The position numbers and the translations under genes were made by a program. From Mobula hypostoma (Eukaryota): 64,000 nucleotides of DNA. The stretch lies in the NCBI RefSeq assembly GCF_963921235.1, contig NW_026948141.1, positions 1-64,000 of the forward strand, given 5' to 3'. Below, piece after piece: positions 34,869 through 46,270 of this stretch (the first letter of the stretch is position 1; each line of letters begins with the position of its first letter). The notes beneath the pieces were generated by a model, which worked only from the letters and a program-made list of their open reading frames with translations, was not told where the DNA came from and did no database searches.

Positions 34869-35808
34869 GGCAGACCGGGGGATTGTACACTGTCACAGTC
34901 CGTAATCTCATAGCCTGGTACACCCCTCACTGTTAGTGACAGACCGGGAATTGTACACTGTCACAGTCTGTAATCTCAGTCTGGTACAGTACACCCCTCA
35001 CTGTTAGTGACAGACTGGGGGATTGTACACTGTCACAGTCTGTAATCTCAGTCTGGTACAGTACACCCCTCACTGTTAGTGACAGACTGGGGGATTGTAC
35101 ACTGTCACAGTCTGTAATCGCATAGCCTGGTACAGTACACCGCTCACTGTTAGTGACAGACTGAGGGATTGTACACTGTCACAGTCTGTAATCTCAGTCT
35201 GGTACAGTACACCCCTCACTGTTAGTGACAGACTGGGGGATTGTACACTGTCACAGTCTGTAATCTCAGTCTGGTACAGTACACCCCTCACTGTTAGTGA
35301 CAGACTGGGGGATTGTACACTGTCACAGTCTGTAATCGCATAGCCTGGTACACCCCTCACTGTTAGTGACAGACTGGGGGATTGTACACTGTCACAGTCT
35401 GTAATCTCATAGCCTGGTACACCCCTCACTGTTAGTGACAGACTGGGGGATTGTACACTGTCACAGTCTGTAATCGCATAGCCTGGTACAGTACACCGCT
35501 CACTGTTAGTGACAGACTGAGATTACGGACTGTGACAGTGTACAATTCCCAGTCTGTCAGTAACAGTGAGGGGTGTACCAGGCTATGAGATTACAGACTG
35601 TGACAGTGTACAATTCCCAGTCTGTCACTAACAGTGAGGGGTGTACTGTACCAGGCTATGAGATTACGGACTGTGACAGTGTACAATTCCCAGTCTGTCA
35701 CTAACAGTGAGGGGTGTACTGTACCAGGCTATGAGATTACGGACTGTGACAGTGTACAATTCCCAGTCTGTCAGTAACAGTGAGGGGTGTACCAGACTGA
35801 GATTACAG
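34869..35808. repeat. 69-74-bp minisatellite: about 9 forward units followed by about 4 inverted units
   Basis: Unit ACTGTTAGTGACAGACTGGGGGATTGTACACTGTCACAGTCTGTAATCTCAGTCTGGTACAGTACACCCCTC, with spacings 72, 74, 72, 72, 69, 69, 74. Reverse-complement units start at about 35513. Confidence 0.97.
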
Positions 35809-36221
35809 GACTGTTACTTTGTCACCTCTTCTTCTGTCAGTAGCGAATTAAGAGATGGACCAAAATGAGGTTTTTTTCTGTTATTTATGTCCCCATTTCA
35901 CAAGGGAAGATGTTGCCTGTAAGACCTCCAACCAACCTTGTTTGGCTTAATACATCATCTAAAGGGGTTCCCTCCAATCGTTCTGTACGATGGGTTGTGA
36001 GGGTAGAAATGTGGAGCTGAAACTGAACCCATGTTGTGGGTCTGTAGAATTTGTAGTCTGTGAAGCCATTCCCTAACCATACAGGTCTCTAATGTACAGA
36101 TGTATATGTTGTTTCCTGCGCAAATCAAATGTGGACATTCACCCATTCAATGACATAATGCAACCTGTGTATCTTTCTACAGTTAGTTAATGATCTTGAT
36201 GTCTTTTTGGCTGATTTTATG

Positions 36222-37248
36222 TACTCTGTGGCCACTTTATCAGGTTCACCTGTACACCTCATTACAAATATCTAGTCAGCAGCAGGATAAAGGCATGTAG
36301 ACATGTTCAAGCTGTTTAGTTGTTGTTCAGACCATCAAGGTTATAGGTAGGCACATGGATTACGATCTAAGTGACCTTGACCTTGGAATGATTGTTGATG
36401 CCAGACAGGGTGGGTTGAGTATCTCAGAAACTCCTGATCCCCTGGAATTTTCACGCACAGCAGTTTCAGAGTTTACAGAGGATGATGTGGAACAGCGAAA
36501 AAAAACATCCAGTGAGCAGCAGTTCTGTGGGTGAAAACACCTTGTTAATGAGAGAGGTCAGAGCAGAATGGCCAGACTGGTTCATCTCTGAACAGCCAAC
36601 ACATCGAACCTTGAAGTGGCTGGGCTACAGCAGCAAAAGAACACACCTGTACCTAATAAACATAGAACATAGAAATTTACAGCACATTACAGGCCTTTCA
36701 GCCAACAATGTTTTGCTGACCATGGAACCTACTCTAGAAACCACCTAGAATTTCCCTCGCGCATAGCCCTCTATTTTTCTAAACTCCATGTACCTATCTA
36801 AGAGACTCTTAAAAGACCCTATTGTATCTGCTTCCACCACCGCCACTGGCAGTGCATTCCACACACCCACCACTCTCTGTGTATAAAACCTACCCCTGAC
36901 ATCCCCTTGGTAACTACTTTTCCAAGCACCTTAAAACTATGCCCCCTCTTGTTAGCCTTTTCAGCGCTGGGAAAAAGCCTCTAGCTATCCACACAATCAA
37001 TACCCCTCATCATCTTATACACCTCTATCAGGTCACCTCTCATCCTTTGTCACTCCAAGGAGTAAAGGCCAAGTTCACTCAACCTATTCTCATAAGAGAT
37101 GCCCTGCAATCCAGGCAACATCCTTGTAAATCTCTTCTGCACTGTAGTATCCACATCCTTCCTGTAGTGAGGTGACCAGAACTGAACACAGTACTCCCAA
37201 GTGGGGTCTGACCAAGGTCTTAGATAGCTAAAGTGGCCACTTGAGTGT
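36222..37248 (+). mobile_element. Internally deleted Tc1-like DNA transposon with a CR1 inserted in its right TIR
   Basis: TIRs GTGGCCACTTTATCAGGT and ACCTAATAAA[insert]GTGGCCAC. Transposase N-terminal remnant LSDLDLGMIVDARQGGLSISETPDPLEFSRT at about 36367-36460. Confidence 0.8.
36661..37228 (-). mobile_element. CR1 LINE 3' end
   Basis: CATAGAACATAGAA tail at 36661; GACCAGAACTGAACACAGTACTCC encodes EYCVQFWS on the minus strand. Confidence 0.9.
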
Positions 37249-37431
37249 TTATTTATTTACATTCAGTATGGATTAAAATGTATGCTGTATAACTGGTTTG
37301 AATTTTGGTTGAATTTTGTGCTACCTATAAAATGAATGAGTTTCCTATCTCTCTGTTCCTTTCACTGTTTTATCATTATTACAACTACGACTGACCCACT
37401 GGTTGCACACCTGTGTTTATTTACCTTACAG

Positions 37432-37519
37432 CAAGCCCTGACTGCAACTGAAGACCTGAAACTGGTGAAATTTCTGGAGATGTGCGTGAACACGCAGGGT
37501 AGCAGTCTCGGAAACTTTG
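37432..37519 (+). CDS. LRRC56: LRRC56 internal coding exon (88 nt, phase 0 to phase 1)
   Basis: Acceptor TTTATTTACCTTACAG|, donor |GTGAGG, branch-like CTGAC at 37391. Encodes QALTATEDLKLVKFLEMCVNTQGSSLGNF(G), which matches LRRC56 QALARVDDLRLVRTLEMCVDTREGSLGNFG as I recall the human protein. Confidence 0.92.
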
Positions 37520-37693
37520 GTGAGGAAGCTGTCTATAGTGAGGCAGCATTTACTTACAGCCCTTTATTTAAAGTATCTTCCACGATGATATCTTGTTTTC
37601 ACTGTACTTTGTATAACTTGGTTTTGACATCTTAAATTAAAGGCCTTCAAAGGTGAATACACATGGTTCTGTGAAATTGATTTCATTTCATTT

Positions 37694-37940
37694 GGGGCAC
37701 AGGGTAGTGTAGCAGATAGTGTAATGCTAATACAGCACCAGTGAACTGGGTTCAAGTCTGCCACTGTTTTTAAGGAGTATGTACGTTCTCTCCATTTCCA
37801 CATACTTTTCCTCAGGGTGCTCTGGTTTCCACCCTCCTTCCAAACACTTACAGGTTTGTATTAATTGGTTACATGGGTGTAATTGGCCGGTGCAGGCTCA
37901 TTGGGTGAGAAGGGCCTGTTTCTATATTGTATCTCTAAAT
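37694..37940 (+). mobile_element. tRNA-derived SINE with CR1-type 3' end
   Basis: A-box-like GTAGTGTAGCAG, B box GGTTCAAGTC, central GGGTGCTCTGGTTTCC domain, GAAGGGCCTGTTTCT...TATCTCTAAAT tail. Confidence 0.8.
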
Positions 37941-37970
37941 ATGAAATTCAACATTACATCTAAAAATTGT

Positions 37971-38101
37971 ATAGGAAGAGGCGCAGTCGACGTTTCAGGC
38001 CGAGACCTCTTCCTATAGATGCTGCCTGGCCTGCTGCGTTCACCAGCAACTTAGATGTATGTTGCTTGAATTTCCAGCATCTGCAGAATTCCTGTTGTTT
38101 G
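37971..38101 (+). mobile_element. 131-bp Penelope-like pLTR fragment with inverted 5' part and a 14-bp target-site duplication
   Basis: Flanked by CATCTAAAAATTGT at 37957-37970 and 38102-38115. The body is nearly identical to 46635-46731; 37971-38005 is the antisense of 46611-46645. Confidence 0.9.
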
Positions 38102-38449
38102 CATCTAAAAATTGTGATGACATTGCGCTTAATAGGTTCACCTGTCCATTTTGCTCCATACCTGAGCACTTCTCACTCCTTAACATTTTTTGTTCTTCTT
38201 TATTTCTGTTTCCTTTTTGCCTGTTGTCTCTATTGCTTTTGCCTTCTTAATATTTTGTATCCCCTTTCAGGGCACTTCACTGATTTTTCTCTGTCTTGTT
38301 CTGACTGCTGCTTTTTCGCATTCTTTCCAAATGCCATCCATCTGTAAGAATTTTCCGCTCTCAGGCATTAACTGCCTTGCCCCTGACCTGCTAACACTTT
38401 TATTTCAGTGTTCTGCTCTGAACTTTTTTTTAATAAAAGGAAAACTAAC

Positions 38450-38965
38450 AAACAGAAGATTGCCACAAGACATAGGAGCAGAAGTCAACCTCTCGGCCCA
38501 TGAAATCTGCTCCACCATGGCTGATTTACTATCCATCTCAGCCCCATTCTCCTCCCTTCTCCCTATCAACCTCCCTTTAAATGTTTTCAACTTGAGATGT
38601 ACAGCCTTCTATAGCAATGATTTCCACAGATTCACCACTCTCTGGATAAAGAAATTCCCCCTCATCTCTGTTCTAAATAGATGTCCCACTGTTCTGAGGC
38701 TGTGCCCTCTGGTCCTAGACTCCCCCATTATAGGAAGCGTCCTCTCCACATCCCCTCTATTTGAGCCTTTCACTATCCGAAAGTTTTCGGTGAGATACTC
38801 CCCCCACCCATTCTTCTGATCTCCAGTGAGTACAGGCCCAGAGCTAACAAACACGCCTCATATGTTAATCCTTTCATTCCGGGAAGGACTCCCATGAACC
38901 TCCTCTGGACCCTCTCCAACGCTGGCACATCTTCTCTTAGATAAGGTGCCCAAAGCAGCTCCAGC
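38450..38965 (-). mobile_element. Degenerate CR1 LINE 3' end
   Basis: Frameshifted ORF2 pieces WAPYLREDVPALERVQRRF and NFFIQRVVNLW. Confidence 0.88.
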
Positions 38966-39224
38966 AAAGTGATTAGTTGTAATCCTAGGTTCCATTCTGT
39001 CCCTGCTATTTGCTACCCCACACTGTTGTCCAGCCTTTGCATTTCGAGGACCCGAGAGCTGTTTCAGCCTTCCAGTAGAAAGGCAAAAGTACTCAGCGCT
39101 GCAGCAGTTTGACTGATGTGATTGAGTGGCAGTTCTTTTGACCCAAGCCTGCCTGTGTGGTCCCGGACCCCAGTGTTTAATCAGTAACTAAACTGCTAGG
39201 TATTCTCTGTTCTACTTCAGATTA

Positions 39225-39455
39225 GGCAGCACAGTAGTGTAGTGATTAGTGTACAGTAATGCTTTCCAGTGCCAGTAGCTGGAGTTCATACTGCTGTATG
39301 TGAGGAGTTTGTACATTCTCCCTGCGCCTGCATGCGTCTCCTCCCTCATTCCAAAGACATACGGTGAGTAGGTTAATTGATCACATGGGTGTAATTGGGC
39401 ATCACAGCCTCACTGGGCCAGACGAATCTGTGACCATGCTGTATCTCTAAATAAG
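39225..39455 (+). mobile_element. Degenerate tRNA-derived SINE, same family as 37694-37940
   Basis: GGCAGCACAGTAGTGTAGTG head, CCAAAGACATAC body, ATGGGTGTAATTGG...GTATCTCTAAAT end. Confidence 0.7.
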
Positions 39456-40277
39456 TGCCAGGTATACTTCTCAAATTTCAAGAAGCTGCAGAATTTGTTT
39501 AGGTATCCACAGTTATTTGCTCTGTATTTTTATTTGGTGATTTGTTTATGTTCCTGAATTTTTCTTTAAATAGTTGTTGCTTCACTGTTTTAGATTCAGA
39601 TTTATTTATTGCAGGTACATCAAAACATACAGTGAAATGCATTGTTTGCAACACAACCTAGGATGTGCTGGGGGCAGCCCGCAAGTGTTCCCACACAATC
39701 TCACATCAAGATAGCTTGCCAGCAATGCTTAGCAGAATAACACAGAATATACCCAGCAATGAAGCAACAACAGTGAAACAAACTCTGATTTTCTCACCTT
39801 CCCTCCAACTCGCCCATCCACATACATACGTAGTCCTCTAACACCGGGACAGACAGGCCTTTCTTGGCCTTTAGCAGTCTCATGAATTCACAGGCACCAG
39901 GCCCCGACTTCCCCAGTGGACTCACTGAGATTCGCAAACCACGCTCTGGCCATTGGCTCTAAATTTCTTGATCCCCAACTGACCTTCAGGCTTCGATCTG
40001 GATCTCCGATTGACCTTTGGGCCTTGATCAGCCTTCAAGCTTCAATCTGGATCCCTGATCGGCCTCCAGGCACCGATCCGGACCCCTGATCGATCTTTAG
40101 TATTGACCTAGGACTTGCAGATGATGAAATTTGTTATTTTGTGGCAGCTGTACTGTGCAAGACATAAAAGGTACTATAAATTACAATAAGAAATGTATGT
40201 AGAAAAAATTAAATTAAATTAGCAGTGGAAAGAGATAAACATTGTGAGATAGTTTTCATGGATTGGTTAAGTTGTGA

Positions 40278-40470
40278 CTGTGTGGGTTTCGTCCGATGCT
40301 CCAGTTTCCTCCCGCAGTCCAAAGACGTGTAGGTTGGCAGCATAATTGGTCATTGTAAATTATTCAGTGATTAGGCTCGGGCTAAACTGGGGGCTTGCTG
40401 GGCAGCACGGCTTGTAGGATCAGAAGGGCCTGTTCTGCGTTGTAACTCAATAAATAATAAAATAAATAAA
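40278..40470 (+). mobile_element. SINE 3' half
   Basis: GCTCCAGTTTCCTCCCGCAGTCCAAAGACGT central domain, GAAGGGCCTGTTCTGCG, and an (AATA)n tail. Confidence 0.7.
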
Positions 40471-41132
40471 CTTCATTTCCTCTACAATCTCACTTATTGC
40501 TAGTGTTTCCTGAACACTGAACGATCTGGAACATGGCTCTTTAAATGAGGAAGGGAGGAAAGGTGTGTCCCTGACAAAAAAAATGAAGTGTCTTGCTCAA
40601 ATCATTGATTGTTCATTCCCCTCCATAGATGTCAGACATTGCCTGACCTGCTGAGTTCCTCCATCATTTTGTGTGTGTGTATGTGTGTGTGTTGCTTGAC
40701 TGTATTGGATCTCATGTCTGGCGTGTTCTAGTGTCTTAAACTAATGCACTGTAGCAATGTTCAAAACCTGAATCTTACTGCCTATGAAGGCAAGAGCCTG
40801 GCAATCTTGTTTTTCGCAGTTTTAGGTGATAAATCAAAAGGGTAATCATCTTATCTGCCGTTTATTTCAGAAACAGAATGACACTAACAGAGACAGCCAG
40901 CCTTTTAGAATCAGAATTGGGTTTAATTTCATTGGCATAGGTCATGAATTTTGTCGTTTTGTAGCCGCCGTACATTCCAATACTCATGTCCTCCACTGGT
41001 CAGGGTTGACCATGGATGTTACGTCCCAACTGTCTACGAGATATGCAGACCAACATGTAAGCCAGGGCAGTACGATATGGAGAGCAAGTTGTTGCTCATG
41101 TAGCAGACTCCCCCTCTCCATGCAGCTGATGA

Positions 41133-41494
41133 AACATAGAAAAATAGAAACCCTACAGCACAATACAGGCCCTTCGGCCCGCAAAGCTGTACCGAACATG
41201 TCCCTACCTTAGAACTACCTAGGCTTTACCCATAACCCTCTATTTTTCTGAGCTCTATGTAGCCATCCAGGAGTCTCTTAAAAGACCCTATCGTATCCAC
41301 CTCCACCACCGCCACTGCAACCGGCAGCCCATTCCACGCACTCACCACTCTCTGCATAAAAAACTTACCCCTGACATCTCCTCTGTACCCACTTCCAAGT
41401 TCCTTAAAACTGTGCCCTCTCGTGCTAGGCATTTCAGCCCTGGGGGAAAGCCTCTGACTATCCACACGATCAATGCCTCTCATCATCTTATCCA
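41133..41494 (-). mobile_element. CR1 LINE 3' end
   Basis: ORF 41226-41495 MRGIDRVDSQRL...FFMQRVVSAWNGLP, with an ACATAGAAAAATAGAAA tail. Confidence 0.9.
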
Positions 41495-41932
41495 CTTTTT
41501 AAATTCTTTATTCTAAAGTTTTTTTTTCTTTTTTGAGTCCAAAGGAACAGCAGAATCCAATACATTTAGGCACCAGCGGCCTCGCGGAAATCATCAGTCT
41601 GCATTGAACTCAGTGTAGGACTGCTTTAGGGATGTCAGCTCCAGATTTTCCCTTGGGGTTGATTCCCGAAGCTTTCTCCACGGGTGGGTGTAGCTGCAAG
41701 GCAGTGGAGGTTTGAGATCAGAGTTTGCATTCTCCTAGAAGAGCTGCTGACCTCGGCTGATGAGCCCCATCCACCCAGCACGATTGGTTTTAATGTGGCA
41801 GTAACTTGGCTTTGCCCCTTCTCCTGTCTGTAGAAATGGTTCTGCAGGGCTTAGTAGCTAAGGCGCACATGAAGGCCAGAATCTGGACAGAGGCCAGAGG
41901 CTGTTTGAGACACATGCCATTGAGAGATTTAA

Positions 41933-44900
41933 GTCTGCTCCACCATTCAATCATGGCTGATCCTTTTTTTCCCTCCTCCTCAACCTCAGTTCCTGGCCTT
42001 CTTCCCCTAAACTTTTGATGCCATGTCCAATCAAGAATCTATTAATCTCTGTCTTAAATACACCCAATGACCTGGATTCCACAGCTGCATGTGGCAACAA
42101 ATTCCACAAATTCACCACCCTTTGGCTAAAGAAATTTCTTTGCATCTCTATTTTGAATGGATGCACCTCTATTCTGAGGCTGTGTCCTCTTGTCCTAGAC
42201 TTTCCCACCATGGGAAACATCCCTTCCACATCTACTCTGTCCGGGCCTTTCAACATTCGAAAGCTTTCAATGAGACCCCCCTTCATTCTGAATTCCAGCG
42301 AGTACAGACCCAGAGCCATCAAACGTTCCTCGTATAATAACCCTTTCATTCCTAGAATCATCCGTGTGAACCTCCTCTGGACTCTCTCCAATGCCAGCAC
42401 ATCTTTTCTAAGATGAGGAGCCCAACTGTTCACAATACTCAAGGTGAAGCCTCACCCGTACCTTTTAAAGCCTCAGCATCACATCCCTGCTCTTGTATTC
42501 TAGACCTCTTGAAATGAATGCTAACATTGCATTTGCCTTCCTTACCACCGACTCAATCTGCAAGTAACCTTCAGGGTGTTCTGCACAAGGACTCTGATGT
42601 CAGTCTACATCTCAGATTCCTGGATTTTCTCCCTGTTTAGAAAATAGTCTGCACATTTATTTTTACTACCAAAGTGCATGACCATGCATTTGCCAACATT
42701 GTATTTCATTTGCCACTTTCTTGCCCATTCTCCTAATCTGTCTAAGTCCTTTTGCATCCTTTCTGTTTCCTCAACACTACCTGTCCCTCCACCAATCTTC
42801 ATATCATCTGCAAACTTGGCAACAAAGCCATCTATTCCATCATCTAAATCATTGATATACAGCATAAAAAGAAGTGGTCCCAACACCAACCCCTGATGAA
42901 CACCACGAGTCACTGGCAGCCAACCAGAAAAGGATCCTTTTATTTCCACTCGCTGCTTCCTACCAATCAGCCAATGCTCTAACCATGCCAGTAAATTTCC
43001 TATAATACTATGGGCTCTTAACTTGGTAAGCAGCCTCATGTGTGGCACCTTGTCAAAGGCCTTCTGGAAGTCCAAATATACAACATCCACTACATCCCCT
43101 TTATCTACCCTACATGTAATATCCTCAAAGAACTCCAACAGGTTCATCAGGCAGGATTTTCCCTGAAGGAAGCCATGCTGGTGTTGTACTATCTTGTCCT
43201 GTGTCACCAAGTACTCAATCACCTCATCCTTAACAATTGACTGTAACATCTTCCCAACCACTGAGGTCGAGCTAACTGGTCTATAATTTCCTTTCTGCTG
43301 CCTTCCTCCTTTCTTAAGGAGTGGAGTAACATTTACAATTTTCCAGTCCTCTGGAACCATGCCAGAGTCCAATGATTTTTGAAAGATCATTTCTAATGCC
43401 GCCACAATCTCTAACACTAACTCTTTCAGAACCCTAGTGTGCAGTTCCTCTGGTCCAGGTGACTTATGTCTGAGAGGGCATAGTTTTAAGGTGCTTGGAG
43501 GTAGGTACCAAGGAGATGTCAGGGGTAACTAGGGGTAAGCTTTTTTACATAGAGTGGTGAGTGCGTAGAATAGACTGCTAGCCACGGTGATGGAGGCGGA
43601 TACAACAGGGTCTTTTAAGGGGCTCCCGGATAGGTACATGGAGCTTAGAAAAATAGAGGGCTATGGGTAACCCGAGGTAATTTCTAAAGTAAGTTCATTT
43701 TCGGCACAGCATTGTGGGCCAAAGGGCCTGTATTGTGCTGTAGGTTTTCCATGTTTCTGTGTACTTTAGGTCTACATCATCAGGCATGCTGCAAGTGTAC
43801 TCCACACTGAACAACAGCAAAATATTCTTTTAGTTCATCAGCCATCTCCTTATCCCCCATTATTATTTCTCCTGCCTCATTTTCTAGTGGTCCTATATCC
43901 ACTCTCATTTCTCTTTTTTTTTAACATATTTGATAAAACTTTTACTATCCGCTTTGATGTTACTTGCTAGTTTGCCTTCATATTTCTTTTCCCTTTTAAT
44001 GATTTTTTTAGTTGCTCTCTGTAGGTTTTTAAAAACTTCCCAATCCTCTATCTTCCCACTAATTTTTGCTTTGTTGTATGCCCTTTCTTTTGCTTTTACA
44101 ATAGCTTTTGACTTCCTTTGTCAGCCATGGTTGTACTATTTTACCATTTGAGTATTCCTTCTTTTTTGGAATACACATGTCCTGCACCTTCCTCATTTTT
44201 CCTGGAAACTCAGGCCATTGCTGCTCTGCTGACATTTCTGCCAGCAACTCCTTCCAATTTACTTTGGCCAACTCCTCTCTCTCATACCACTGTAATTTCC
44301 CTTACTCCCCTGAAATACTGCTACGTCAGACTTTACTTTCTTCCTATCAAATTTCAAGTAAACCTCAATCATATTGTGAACACTGGTTTTTAAGGGTTCT
44401 TTTACCTTAATCTCCCTAATCGCCCCTGGTTTATTACATAACATCCAATCCAGTATAGCTGATCCCCTAGTAGGCTCAACAACAAACTGCTCTAAAAAGC
44501 CATCTCTTAGGCATTCAACAAACTCACTCTCTTGAGATCCATTACCAACCTGATTTTCCCAATCAACCAGCATTCCCATAACATTGCCCTTCTGACTCAC
44601 CTTTTCTATTTCCTGTTGTAATCTGTGGTCCACCTCTCAGCCACTGTTGGGAGGCCTGTAGATAACTGCCATCAATGTCCTTTTACCCTTGCAGTTTCTT
44701 AACTCAACTCACAAGGATAACATCTTCCGATCCTATGTCACATCTTTCTATTGATTTGATGCCATTCTTTATCAGTAGTCACACTGCCTCCCCTGCCTAC
44801 CTTCCTATCCCTCTGATATAACGTGTAACCTTGGACATTCAGCTCCCAACTACAACCACCCTTCAGCCACAATTCAGTGATGGTCACAACATCATACCTG

Positions 44901-46220
44901 ACAATCTATAATGATGCTACAAGATCATCCACCTTATTTCTTATACTACATGCATTTAGATACAACACCTTGAATACCGTATTTGCTGTCATTTCTGACT
45001 CTCCATCCCTTACTGTATGTTTTGATGCTCAGCCTGTTGGCTGTATCTAAGTCCCAACACCTGCCTGCCCTTCCTGACAGTCTGACTGCTCGCTATCTTT
45101 ACTTTTTAACATCTGTCCTATCCTGAGTCCCTTCACTCCAGTTCCCACCCCTCTGCCAAATTAATTTAAACACTCCCCAACAGCTCTAATAAATCTGATT
45201 GGTCCCCCTCGTGTTCAGGTGCAACCTGTCATTTTTTAAAATGTCATACGTCCCCCAGAAGAGATCCCAATGATCCAGGAACCTGAAGCCCTGCTCCCTG
45301 CACCATCTTCTCAGCCACGCACTTATCTGCCAAATCATCCTGTTTCTACCCTCACTGGCACGTGGCACAGGCAGCAATCCAGAAATTACTACCCTGGAGG
45401 TTCTGCTTCTCAGCTTTCTACCTGGCTCTCGAAATTCTCTTTTCAGGACCTCTTTGCTTTTCCTTCCTATGCCATTGGTACCAATATGTACCAAGACATC
45501 TGACTGCACCCCCTCCTTCTCCAAAATGTTCTGGATGCGATCTGACTCTGGCACCTGGGAGGCAACATACCATCCGGGTGTCTTGTTCACATCCACAGAA
45601 TCTCCTGTCTGTTCCCCTCACTATTGAGCCCCCTATCACTACTGCTCCATTCTTCTCCCTCTTTCCCTTCTGCACCACGAACCCATGGTCAGTGCCTGTA
45701 ACCTGGACACCAAGGCATTCTTCCCAGAGGTCATCCCCCATAAAAGTATCCAAAGTAGTATACTTGTTTTTGAGTGGAATGTCCACAGCGGTGCTCTGCT
45801 CTAACTGTCTATTGCTGTTTCTCCTGACGGTCACCCAGCTGCTCGCCTCCTGCAATTTCCGGGTGACTACTTCCCTGTAACTTTGATCAATTAAGTCCTC
45901 ACTTTCCCGTACAAGCCGAAGGTCAACCAGTTTCTGCTCCAGATCCCTAACACGGTCTTCAAGGAGCTGCAGCCAAACGCACTTCATGCAAATGTAGTTC
46001 CCTGGGAGACTCTGGGTCTCCCAGTTCTCCAACATCCGGCACAGAGAGCACACCACAACCATTTAAATGGTACAATAAGAGAGGAAAAGGAAAAACTCAA
46101 AAAGGAAACCTTAACAGACACTTTACACAAAGCCAACGCCTCTTCTGAGCCGAAGCCTGTCACTTCTACTCTCGCCACTGGCCTACACCTGACAATGGCC
46201 GCTCTGCTTATCCCTTCTGT
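41933..46220 (-). mobile_element. Near full-length decayed CR1 LINE (ORF1 Zn-finger/coiled-coil/SGNH esterase; ORF2 APE + RT)
   Basis: ORF1 CSLCRMLE..YICMKC and VVIGGSIVRGTDRRFCG (45186-46062); APE remnants EPTRGSAILD (44259-44633); RT NYRPVS..DFQKAFDKVPH..KFADD (42605-43417); C-terminus 41951-42442. Many frameshifts. Confidence 0.95.
43471..43762 (+). mobile_element. CR1 3' fragment nested in the opposite-strand CR1
   Basis: GAGAGGGCATAGTTTTAAGG...GGGCCTGTATTGTGCTGT...TTTCCATGTTTCT; same family as 41133-41494. Confidence 0.85.
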
Positions 46221-46270
46221 ACTTTTATTTAGTTCGTAGAGCTCTGTTGACACTGTTGATAGGCCCCGTA

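Noticed and set aside
37336..37635. 99-aa ORF as a standalone gene
   Set aside because: Only 37432-37519 is conserved coding sequence bounded by splice sites; the rest is intron read-through.
41756..41790. CTGATGAG hammerhead-like core (also at about 54926)
   Set aside because: No stem II and no downstream GAAA/NUH in register.
41933..46220. Active autonomous CR1 or domesticated esterase/RT gene
   Set aside because: Multiple frameshifts, stops, internal deletions and a nested insertion.
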